From: Eledone cirrhosa
Taxonomy: Eukaryota
Direction: 5' to 3'
Assembly: GCA_964016885.1 (NCBI GenBank)
Contig: OZ024743.1
Span: forward strand, 141,546,001 to 141,610,000
Length of the DNA: 64,000 nucleotides
Shown here: piece after piece, positions 1-10,650 of the stretch
Position numbering within the stretch: position 1 is the stretch's first letter
Layout of the letters: each line of letters opens with the position of its first letter
The notes under the pieces: model-generated
Databases searched by the model: none
Told to the model about the DNA's origin: nothing
What the model saw: the letters and a program-made list of their open reading frames with translations, nothing else
Program-made: the position numbers and the translations under genes

Positions 1-1279
1 GGTGCTTGGTGCTTGGTGTTTCGTGTTTGGTGCTTGGTGTTTGGTGCTTGGTGCTTGGTGCTTGGTGCTTGGTGTTTGGTGCTTGGTGTTTGATGCTGCG
101 TGCTTGGTGTTTGGTGTTTGGTGCTTGGTGCTTGGTGTTTGGTGTTTGGAGCTTGGTGCCTGGTGCTTGTTGTTTGGTGTTTGGTGCTTGGTGCTTGGTG
201 ATTGGTTTTTGGTGCTTGGTGCTTAGTGCTTGGTATCTGGTGTTTGGTGCTTGATGTTTGGTGTTTGGTGCTTGCTGCTTGGCGCTTGGTGTTTGGTGTT
301 TGGTGCTTGGTGCTTGGTGTTTGGTGCTTGGTGTTTGTTGTTTTGTGTTTGGTGTTTGGTGTTTGGTACCTGGTGCTTGGTGCTTGGTGCTTGTTGTTTG
401 GTGCTTGGTGCTTGGTGATTAGTGTTTGGTGCTTGGTGCTTGCGGTTTGGTGTTTGGTGCTTGGGGTTTGGTGTTTGCTGCTTGGTGCTTGGTGTTTGGT
501 GCTTTGTGCTTGGTGCTTGGTGTTTGGTGCTTGGTGCTTGGAGTTTGGTGCTTGGTGCTTGGTGTTTGGTGTTTGGCATTTGCTGTTTGCTGTTTGCTTT
601 TTGGTGTTTGCTGTTTGCTGTTTGCTGTTTGGTGTTTGCTGTTTGGTGCTTGATGTTTGGTGCTTGGTGCTTGGCGTTTGGTGTTTGGTGTTTGGTGCTT
701 GGTGCTTGGTGCTTGGTGATTCGTGTTTGGTGATTGGTGCTTGGGATTTGGTGTTTGGTGCTTGGTGTTTGGTGCTTGGTGCTTGCTGTTTGGTGTTTGG
801 TGTTTGGTTTTGGTGCTTGGTGTTTGATGTTTGGTGTTTGGTGCTTGGTGCTTGGTGTTTGGTGCTGCGTGCTTGGTGTTTGGTGTTTGGTGCTTGGTGC
901 CTGGTGCTTGTTGTTTGGTGTTTGGTGCTTAGTGCTTGGTGTTTGGTGTTTGGTGCTTGGTGGCTGGTGCTTGGTGCTTGGTGTTTCGTGCTTGGGGCTT
1001 GGTGCTTGGTGTTTGGTGTTTGGTGCTTGGTGTTTGGTGTTTGGTACTTGGTGCTTGGTGCTTGGTGCTTGGTGTTTGGTGCTTGGTGTTTGATGCTGCG
1101 TGCTTGATGTTTGGTGTTTGGTGCTTGGTACTTGGTGCTTGGTGTTTGGTGTTTGGTGCTTGGTGCTTGGTGTTTGGTGCTTGGTGTTTGGTGTTTGGTG
1201 TTTGATGCTTGGTGTTTGCTGCTTGGTGCTTGGTGCTTGGTGTTTTGTGTTTGGTGCTTGGTACTTGGGGATTAGTGTT

Positions 1280-4200
1280 TGGTGCTTGGTGCTTGCGGTT
1301 TGGTGTTTGGTGCTTGGGGTTTGGTGTTTGGTGCTTGGTGCTTGCTGCTTGGTGCTTGGTGTTTGGTGCTTGGTGCTTGGTGTTTGGTGTTTGGTGCTTG
1401 GGGTTTGGTGTTTGGTGCTTGGTGCTTGGAGTTTGGTGCTTGGTGCTTGGTGTTTGGAGTTTGGTGCTTGGTGATTGGTGCCTGGTGCTTGTTGTTTGGT
1501 GTTTGGTGCTTAGTGGTTGGTGTTTGGTGTTTGGTGCTTGGTGCTTGGTGGCTGGTGTTTGGTGCTTGGTGTTTGGAGTTTGGTGTTTGGTGCTTGGTGC
1601 CTGGTGTTTCGTGCTTGGTGCTTGGTGCTTGGTGTCTGGTGTTTGGTGCTTGGTGTTTGGTGTTTGGTACTTGGTGCTTGGTGCTTGGTGCTTGGTGTTT
1701 GGTGCTTGGTGTTTGATGCTGCGTGCTTGGTGTTTGGTGTTTGGTGCTTGGTGCTTGGTGTTTGGTATTTGGAGCTTGGTGCCTGGTGCTTGTTGTTTGG
1801 TGTTTTGTGCTTGGTGCTTGGTGTTTGGTGTTTGGCGTTTGGTGCTTGGTGCTTGGTATCTGGTTTTTGGTGCTTGATGTTTGGTGTTTGGTGCTTGGTG
1901 CTTGGTGCTTGGTGTTTGGTGTTTGGTGCTTGGTGCTTGGTGTTTGGTGCTTGGTGTTTGGTGTTTCGTGTTTGATGCTTGGTGTTTGCTGCTTGGTGCT
2001 TGGTGCTTGGTGTTTTGTGTTTGGTGCTTGGTGCTTGGTGCCTGCTGCTTGGTGCTTGGTGCTTGTTGTTTGGTGCTTGGTGCTTGGTGATTAGTGTTTG
2101 GTGCTTGGTGCTTGGTGCTTGGTGTTTGGTGCTTGGTGCTTGGTGTTTGGTGCTTGGTGCTTGGTGTTTGGTGTTTGGCGTTTGCTGTTTGCTGTTTGGT
2201 GTTTGGTGTTTGCTGTTTGGTGTTTGCTGTTTGGTGTTTGGTGTTTGGTGCTTGCTGTTTGGTGCTTGGTGCTTGGTGTTTGGTGTTTGGTGTTTGGTGC
2301 TTGGTGCTTGGTGTTTGGTGCTTGGTGCTTGGTGCTGGGTGTTTGGTGCTTGGTGCTTGGTGTTTGGTGCTTGGTGCTTGGTGCCTGGTGTTTGGTCCTT
2401 GGTGCTTGGTGCTTGGTGCTTGGTGCTTGCTGTTTGGTGTTTGGTGTTTGGTTCTTGGTGCTTGGTGTTTGGTGTTTGGTGTTTGGTGCTTGGTGCTTGG
2501 TGCTTGGTGTTTGGTGCTTGGTGCTTGGTGATTAGTGTTTGGTGATTGGTGCTTGGGGTTTGGTGTTTGGTGCTTGGTGTTTGGTGCTTGGTGCTTGCTG
2601 TTTGGTGTTTGGTGTTTGGTTCTTGGTGCTTGGTGTTTGGTGTTTGGTGTTTGGTGGTTGGTGCTTGGTGCTTGGTGTTTGGTGCTTGGTGCTTGGTGCT
2701 TGGTGTTTGGTGCTGCGTGCTTGGTGTTTGGTGTTTGGTGCTTGGTGCCTGGGGCTTGTTGTTTGGTGTTTGGTGCTTAGTGCTTGGTGTTTGGTGTTTG
2801 GTGCTTGGTGCTTGGTGGCTGGTGCTTGGTGCTTGGTGTTTGGAGTTTGGTGCTTGGTGCTTGGTGCCTGGTGTTTCGTGCTTGGTGCTTGGTGCTTGGT
2901 GTTTGGTGTTTGGTGTTTGGTGTTTGGTGTTTGGTACTTGGTGCTTGGTGCTTGGTGTTTGGTGCTTGGTGTTTGGTGATTGGTGCTTGGTGCTTGGTGC
3001 TTGGTGCTTGGTGTTAGGTGTTTGGTCCTTGGTGCTTGTTGTTTGGTGTTTTGTGCTTGGTGCTTGGCGTTTGGTGTTTGGCGCTAGGGGCTTGGTGCTT
3101 GATGCTTGGTGTTTGGTGCTTGGTGCTTGCTGTTTGGTGTTTGGTGCTTGGTGCGTGGGACTTAGTGTTTGGTGTTTGGTGCTTGGTGTTTGGTGCTTGG
3201 TGCTTGGTGTTTGGTGTTTGGTGCTTAGTGCTTGGGGCTTGGTGTTTGGTGCTTGGTGTTTGGTGTTTGGTGCTTGGTGCTTGGTGTTTGGCGCTTGGTG
3301 CTTGGTGCTTGGTGTTTGGTGCTTGGTGCTTGGTGCTTGGTGCTTGGTGATTAGTGTTTGGTGCTTGGTGCTTGGTGCCTGGTGCTTGGTGCTTGGTGCT
3401 TGTTGTTTGGTGCTTGGTGTTTGGTGCTTGGTGTTTGGTGCTTGGTGCTTGGTGTTTGGTGTTTGGTGCTTGGTGCTTGGGGCTTGGTCTTTGGTGCTTA
3501 GTGTTTGGTGCTTGGTGTTTGGTGCTTGGTGCTTGGTGCTTGGTGTTTGGTGTTCGGTGTTTGGTGCTTGGTGTTTGGTGCTTGGTGCTTGGTGCTGGGT
3601 GGTTGGTGTTTGGTGTTTGGTGCTTGGTGCTTCGTGCTTATTGTTTGGTGCTTGGTGCTTGGTGCTTGGTGCTTGGTCTTTGGTGCTTGGTGTTTGGTGT
3701 TTGGTACTTGGTGCCTGGTGTTTGGCGCTTGGTGCTTGGTGCTTGGTGTTTGGTGCTTGGTGTTTGGTGCTTGGTGATTAGTGTTTGGTGCTTGGTGCTT
3801 GGTGCCTGGTGCTTGGTGCTTGGTGCTTGATGTTTGGTGCTTGGTGCTTGGTGATTATTGTTTGGTGCTTGGTGCTTTGGGTTTGGTGTTTGGTGCTTGG
3901 GGTTTGGTGTTTGGTGCTTGGTGCTTGGTGTTTGGTGCTTGGTGCTTGGTGTTTGGTGCTTGGTGCTTTGTGTTTGGTGCTTGGTGTTTGGTGCTTGGTG
4001 CTTGGTGCTTGGTTCTTGGTGTTAGGTGTTTGGTGCTTGGTGATTGGTGTTTGATGTTAGGTTCTTGGTGCTTGGTGTTTGGTGCTTGCTGCTTGGTGCT
4101 TGGTGTATTGTGTTTGGAGTTTGGTGCTTGGTGTTTGGTGCTTCGGTCTTGGTGTTTGGTGTTTGGTGCTTGGTGCCTGGGGCTTGTTGTTTGGTGTTTG

Positions 4201-7200
4201 GTGCTTGGTGTTTGGTGCTTGGTGCTTGGTGCTGGGTGTTTGGTGCTTGGTGCTTGGTGTTTGGTGCTTGGTGCTTGGTGCTTGGTGGCTGGTGCTTGGT
4301 GCTTGGTGTTTGCAGTTTGTGCTTGGTGCTTGGTGCCTGGTGTTTCGTGCTTGGTGCTTGGTGCTTGGTGTTTGGTGTTTGGTGCTTGGTGTTTGGTGTT
4401 TGGTACTTGGTGCTTGGTGCTTGGTGTTTGGTGCTTGGTGTTTGGTGCTTGGTGCTTGGTGCTTGGTGTCAGGTGTTTGGTGCTTGGTGCTTGGTGTTTG
4501 ATGTCAGGTCCTTGGTGCTTGTTGTTTGGTGTTTGGTGCTTCGTGCTTGGTGTTTGGTGTTTGGTGCTTGCTGCTTGCTGCTTGGTGTTTGGTGCTTGGT
4601 GATTGGTGCTTGGTGTTTTGTGCTTGGTGCTTGGTGTTTGGTGTTTGCTGCTAGGGGCTTGGTGCTTGATGCTTGGTGTTTGGTGCTTGGTGCTTGCTGT
4701 TTGGTGTTTGGTGCTTGGTGCGTGGGACTTAGTGTTTGGTGTTTGGTGCTTGGTGTTTGGTGCTTGGTGTTTGGTGCTTGGTGCTTGGTGTTTGGTGTTT
4801 GGTGCTTGGTGCTTGGGGCTTGGTCTTTGGTGCTTAGTGTTTGGTGCTTGGTGTTTGGTGCTTGGTGCTTGGTGCTTGGTGTTTGGTGTTTGGTGTTTGG
4901 TGCTTGGTGTTTGGTGCTTGTTGCTTGGTGCTGGGTGGTTGGTGTTTGGTGTTTGGTGCTTGGTGCTTGGTGCTTATTGTTTGGTGCTTGGTGCTTGGTG
5001 CTTGGTGCTTGGTCTTTGGTGCTTGGTGTTTGGTGTTTGGTGCTTGGTGCCTGGTGTTTGGCGCTTGGTGCTTGGTGCTTGGTGTTTGCTGCTTGGTGTT
5101 TGGTGCTTGGTGATTAGTGTTTGGTGCTTGGTGCTTGGTGCCTGGTGCTTGGTGCTTGGTGCTTGATGTTTGGTGCTTGGTGATTAGTGTTTGGTGCTTG
5201 GTGCTTTGGGTTTGGTGTTTGGTGCTTGGGGTTTGGTGTTTGGTGCTTGGTGCTTGGTGTTTGGTGCTTGGTGCTTGGTGTTTGGTGCTTGGTGCTTTGT
5301 GTTTGGTGCTTGGTGTTTGGTGCTTGGTGCTTGGTGCTTCGGTCTTGGTGTTTGGTGTTTGGTGATTGGTGCTTGGTGTTTGGTGCTTGGTGCTTGGTGC
5401 TTGGTGCTTGGTGTTAGGCGTTTGGTGCTTGGTGCTTGGTGTTTGATGTTTGGTCCATTGTGCTTGGTGTTTGGTATTTTGTGCTTGGTGCTTGGTGTTT
5501 GGTGTTTGGTGCTTGGTGCTTGGTGTTTGGTGTTTGGTGCTTGCTGCTTGCTGCTTGGTGTTTGGTGCTAGGGGCTTGGTGCTTGGTGTTTCGTGTTTGG
5601 TGCTTGGTGCTTGGTGTTTCGTGTTTGGTGCTTGGTGCGTGGGACTTGGTCTTTGGTGCTTGGTGTTTGGTGCTTGGTGTTTGGTGCTTGGTGCCGGGTG
5701 CTTGGTGTTTGGTGCTTGTTGTTTGGTGCTTGGTGTTCGGTGCTTGGTGCTTGGTGCTTGGTGCTTGGTGTTTGGTGTTTGGTGCTTGGTGATTGGTGTT
5801 TGATGTTTGGTCCTTGGTGCTTGGTGTTTGGTGTTGTGTGTTTGGTGATTGGTGCTTGGTGTTTGGTGCTTGGTTCTTGGTGCTTGGTGTTTGGCGTTTG
5901 CTGTTTGCTGTTTGGTGGTTGGTGTTTGCTGTTTGGTGTTTGCTGTTTGGTGTTTGGTGCTTGGTGCTTGCGGTTTGGTGTTTGGTGCTTGGGGTTTGGT
6001 GTTTGGTGCTTGGTGCTTGCTGCTTGGTGCTTGGTGTTTGGTGCTTGGTGCTTGGTGTTTGGTGTTTGGTGCTTGGGGTTTGGTGTTTGGTGCTTGGTGC
6101 ATGGAGTTTGGTGCTTGGTGCTTGGTGTTTGGAGTTTGGTGCTTGGTGCTTGGTGCCTGGTGCTTGTTGTTTGGTGTTTGGTGCTTAGTGGTTGGTGTTT
6201 GGTGTTTGGTGCTTGGTGCTTGGTGGCTGGTGTTTGGTGCTTGGTGTTTGGAGTTTGGTGTTTGGTGCTTGGTGCCTGGTGTTTCGTGCTTGGTGCTTGG
6301 TGCTTGGTGTCTGGTGTTTGGTGCTTGGTGTTTGGTGTTTGGTACTTGGTGCTTGGTGCTTGGTGCTTGGTGTTTGGTGCTTGGTGTTTGATGCTGCGTG
6401 CTTGGTGTTTGGTGTTTGGTGCTTGGTGCTTGGTGTTTGGTATTTGGAGCTTGGTGCCTGGTGCTTGTTGTTTGGTGTTTTGTGCTTGGTGCTTGGTGTT
6501 TGGTGTTTGGCGTTTGGTGCTTGGTGCTTGGTATCTGGTTTTTGGTGCTTGATGTTTGGTGTTTGGTGCTTGGTGCTTGGTGCTTGGTGTTTGGTGTTTG
6601 GTGCTTGGTGCTTGGTGTTTGGTGCTTGGTGTTTGGTGTTTCGTGTTTGATGCTTGGTGTTTGCTGCTTGGTGCTTGGTGCTTGGTGTTTTGTGTTTGGT
6701 GCTTGGTGCTTGGTGCCTGCTGCTTGGTGCTTGGTGCTTGTTGTTTGGTGCTTGGTGCTTGGTGATTAGTGTTTGGTGCTTGGTGCTTGGTGCTTGGTGT
6801 TTGGTGCTTGGTGCTTGGTGTTTGGTGCTTGGTGCTTGGTGTTTGGTGTTTGGCGTTTGCTGTTTGCTGTTTGGTGTTTGGTGTTTGCTGTTTGGTGTTT
6901 GCTGTTTGGTGTTTGGTGTTTGGTGCTTGCTGTTTGGTGCTTGGTGCTTGGTGTTTGGTGTTTGGTGTTTGGTGCTTGGTGCTTGGTGTTTGGTGCTTGG
7001 TGCTTGGTGCTGGGTGTTTGGTGCTTGGTGCTTGGTGTTTGGTGCTTGGTGCTTGGTGCCTGGTGTTTGGTCCTTGGTGCTTGGTGCTTGGTGCTTGGTG
7101 CTTGCTGTTTGGTGTTTGGTGTTTGGTTCTTGGTGCTTGGTGTTTGGTGTTTGGTGTTTGGTGCTTGGTGCTTGGTGCTTGGTGTTTGGTGCTTGGTGCT

Positions 7201-10200
7201 TGGTGATTAGTGTTTGGTGATTGGTGCTTGGGGTTTGGTGTTTGGTGCTTGGTGTTTGGTGCTTGGTGCTTGCTGTTTGGTGTTTGGTGTTTGGTTCTTG
7301 GTGCTTGGTGTTTGGTGTTTGGTGTTTGGTGCTTGGTGCTTGGTGCTTGGTGTTTGGTGCTTGGTGCTTGGTGCTTGGTGTTTGGTGCTGCGTGCTTGGT
7401 GTTTGGTGTTTGGTGCTTGGTGCCTGGGGCTTTTTGTTTGGTGTTTGGTGCTTAGTGCTTGGTGTTTGGTGTTTGGTGCTTGGTGCTTGGTGGCTGGTGC
7501 TTGGTGCTTGGTGTTTGGAGTTTGGTGCTTGGTGCTTGGTGCCTGGTGTTTCGTGCTTGGTGCTTGGTGCTTGGTGTTTGGTGTTTGGTGTTTGGTGTTT
7601 GGTGTTTGGTACTTGGTGCTTGGTGCTTGGTGTTTGGTGCTTGGTGTTTGGTGATTGGTGCTTGGTGCTTGGTGCTTGGTGCTTGGTGTTAGGTGTTTGG
7701 TCCTTGGTCCTTGGTGCTTGTTGTTTGGTGTTTTGTGCTTGGTGCTTGGCGTTTGGTGTTTGGCGCTAGGGGCTTGGTGCTTGATGCTTGGTGTTTGGTG
7801 CTTGGTGCTTGCTGTTTGGTGTTTGGTGCTTGGTGCGTGGGACTTAGTGTTTGGTGTTTGGTGTTTGGTGTTTGGTGCTTGGTGTTTGGTGCTTGGTGCT
7901 TGGTGTTTGGTGTTTGGTGCTTAGTGCTTGGGGCTTGGTGTTTGGTGCTTGGTGTTTGGTGTTTGGTGCTTGGTGCTTTGTGTTTGGCGCTTGGTGCTTG
8001 GTGCTTGGTGTTTGGTGCTTGGTGCTTGGTGCTTGGTGCTTGGTGATTAGTGTTTGGTGCTTGGTGCTTGGTGCCTGGTGCTTGGTGCTTGGTGCTTGTT
8101 GTTTGGTGCTTGGTGTTTGGTGCTTGGTGTTTGGTGCTTGGTGCTTGGTGTTTGGTGTTTGGTGCTTGGTGCTTGGGGCTTGGTCTTTGGTGCTTAGTGT
8201 TTGGTGCTTGGTGTTTGGTGCTTGGTGCTTGGTGCTTGGTGTTTGGTGTTTGGTGTTTGGTGCTTGGTGTTTGGTGCTTGGTGCTTGGTGCTGGGTGGTT
8301 GGTGTTTGGTGTTTGGTGCTTGGTGCTTTGTGCTTATTGTTTGGTGCTTGGTGCTTGGTGCTTGGTGCTTGGTCTTTGGTGCTTGGTGTTTGGTGTTTGG
8401 TACTTGGTGCCTGGTGTTTGGCGCTTGGTGCTTGGTGCTTGGTGTTTGGTGCTTGGTGTTTGGTGCTTGGTGATTAGTGTTTGGTGCTTGGTGCTTGGTG
8501 CCTGGTGCTTGGTGCTTGGTGCTTGATGTTTGGTGCTTGGTGCTTGGTGATTATTGTTTGGTGCTTGGTGCTTTGGGTTTGGTGTTTGGTGCTTGGGGTT
8601 TGGTGTTTGGTGCTTGGTGCTTGGTGTTTGGTGCTTGGTGCTTGGTGTTTGGTGCTTGGTGCTTTGTGTTTGGTGCTTGGTGTTTGGTGCTTGGTGCTTG
8701 GTGCTTGGTTCTTGGTGTTAGGTGTTTGGTGCTTGGTGATTGGTCTTTGATGTTAGGTTCTTGGTGCTTGGTGTTTGGTGCTTGCTGCTTGGTGCTTGGT
8801 GTTTTGTGTTTGGAGTTTGGTGCTTGGTGTTTGGTGCTTCGGTCTTGGTGTTTGGTGTTTGGTGCTTGGTGCCTGGGGCTTGTTGTTTGGTGTTTGGTGC
8901 TTAGTGCTTGGTGTTTGGTGTTTGGTGCTTGGTGGCTGGTGCTTGGTGCTTGGTGTTTGCAGTTTGTGCTTGGTGCTTGGTGCCTGGTGTTTCGTGCTTG
9001 GTGCTTGGTGCTTGGTGTTTGGTGTTTGGTGCTTGGTGTTTGGTGTTTGGTACTTGGTGCTTGGTGCTTGGTGTTTGGTGCTTGGTGTTTGGTGCTTGGT
9101 GCTTGGTGCTTGGTGCTTGGTGTCAGGTGTTTGGTGCTTGGTGCTTGGTGTTTGATGTTTGGTCCTTGGTGCTTGTTGTTTGGTGTTTGGTGCTTCGTGC
9201 TTGGTGTTTGGTGTTTGGTGCTTGCTGCTTGCTGCTTGGTGTTTGGTGCTTGGTGATTGGTGCTTGGTGTTTTGTGCTTGGTGCTTGGTGTTTGGTGTTT
9301 GCTGCTAGGGGCTTGGTGCTTGATGCTTGGTGTTTGGTGCTTGCTGTTTGGTGTTTGGTGCTTGGTGCGTGGGACTTAGTGTTTGGTGTTTGGTGCTTGG
9401 TGTTTGGTGCTTGGTGTTTGGTGCTTGGTGCTTGGTGTTTGGTGTTTGGTGCTTGGTGCTTGGGGCTTGGTCTTTGGTGCTTAGTGTTTGGTGCTTGGTG
9501 TTTGGTGCTTGGTGCTTGGTGCTTGGTGTTTGGTGTTTGGTGTTTGGTGCTTGGTGTTTGGTGCTTGTTGCTTGGTGCTGGGTGGTTGGTGTTTGGTGTT
9601 TGGTGCTTGGTGCTTGGTGCTTATTGTTTGGTGCTTGGTGCTTGGTGCTTGGTGCTTGGTCTTTGGTGCTTGGTGTTTGGTGTTTGGTGCTTGGTGCCTG
9701 GTGTTTGGCGCTTGGTGCTTGGTGCTTGGTGTTTGCTGCTTGGTGTTTGGTGCTTGGTGATTAGTGTTTGGTGCTTGGTGCTTGGTGCCTGGTGCTTGGT
9801 GCTTGGTGCTTGATGTTTGGTGCTTGGTGATTAGTGTTTGGTGCTTGGTGCTTTGGGTTTGGTGTTTGGTGCTTGGGGTTTGGTGTTTGGTGCTTGGTGC
9901 TTGGTGTTTGGTGCTTGGTGCTTGGTGTTTGGTGCTTGGTGCTTTGTGCTTGGTGCTTGGTGTTTGGTGCTTGGTGCTTGGTGCTTCGGTCTTAGTGTTT
10001 GGTGTTTGGTGCTTGGTGCTTGGTGTTTGGTGTTTGGTGCCTGGTGCTTGGTGTTCGGTGCTTGGTGTTTGGTGTTTGGTGATTGGTGCTTGGTGTTTGG
10101 TGCTTGGTGCTTGGTGCTTGGTGCTTGGTGTTAGGCGTTTGGTGCTTGGTGCTTGGTGTTTGATGTTTGGTCCATTGTGCTTGGTGTTTGGTATTTTGTG

Positions 10201-10650
10201 CTTGGTGCTCGGTGTTTGGTGTTTGGTGCTTGGTGCTTGGTGTTTGGTGTTTGGTGCTTGCTGCTTGCTGCTTGGTGTTTGGTGCTAGGGGCTTGGTGCT
10301 TGGTGTTTCGTGTTTGGTGCTTGGTGCTTGGTGCGTGGGACTTGGTCTTTGGTGCTTGGTGTTTGGTGCTTGGTGTTTGGTGCTTGGTGCCGGGTGCTTG
10401 GTGTTTGGTGTTTGGTGCTTGGTGTTTGGTGCTTGTTGTTTGGTGCTTGGTGTTCGGTGCTTGGTGCTTGGTGCTTGGTGCTTGGTCTTTGGTGTTTGGT
10501 GCTTGGTGATTGGTCTTTGATGTTTGGTCCTTGGTGCTTGGTGTTTGGTGTTGTGTGCTTGGTGCTTGGTGTTTGGTGTTTGGTGCTTGGTTCTTGGTGC
10601 TTGGTGTTTGGCGTTTGCTGTTTGCTGTTTGGTGGTTGGTGTTTGCTGTT
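1280..10650 (+). repeat. Tandem higher-order duplication with a ~4.7-kb unit (about 1280-5950 and 5955-10650)
   Basis: Identical ORF translations at offset 4675 (1517/6192, 1723/6398, 1979/6654, 2784/7459), then 4696 (3505/8201), 4647 (4841/9488) and 4717 (5436/10153). Both copies carry the private TTGCAGT-TTGTGC 1-bp deletion (4317 and 8964). Confidence 0.92.

Noticed and set aside
1535-1560. GCTGGTG / GGTGGCTGG strings resembling the E. coli Chi site (GCTGGTGG)
   Set aside because: They are one-substitution derivatives of the monomer. Here the string is GCTGGTGT, not a full Chi, and the context is not bacterial.
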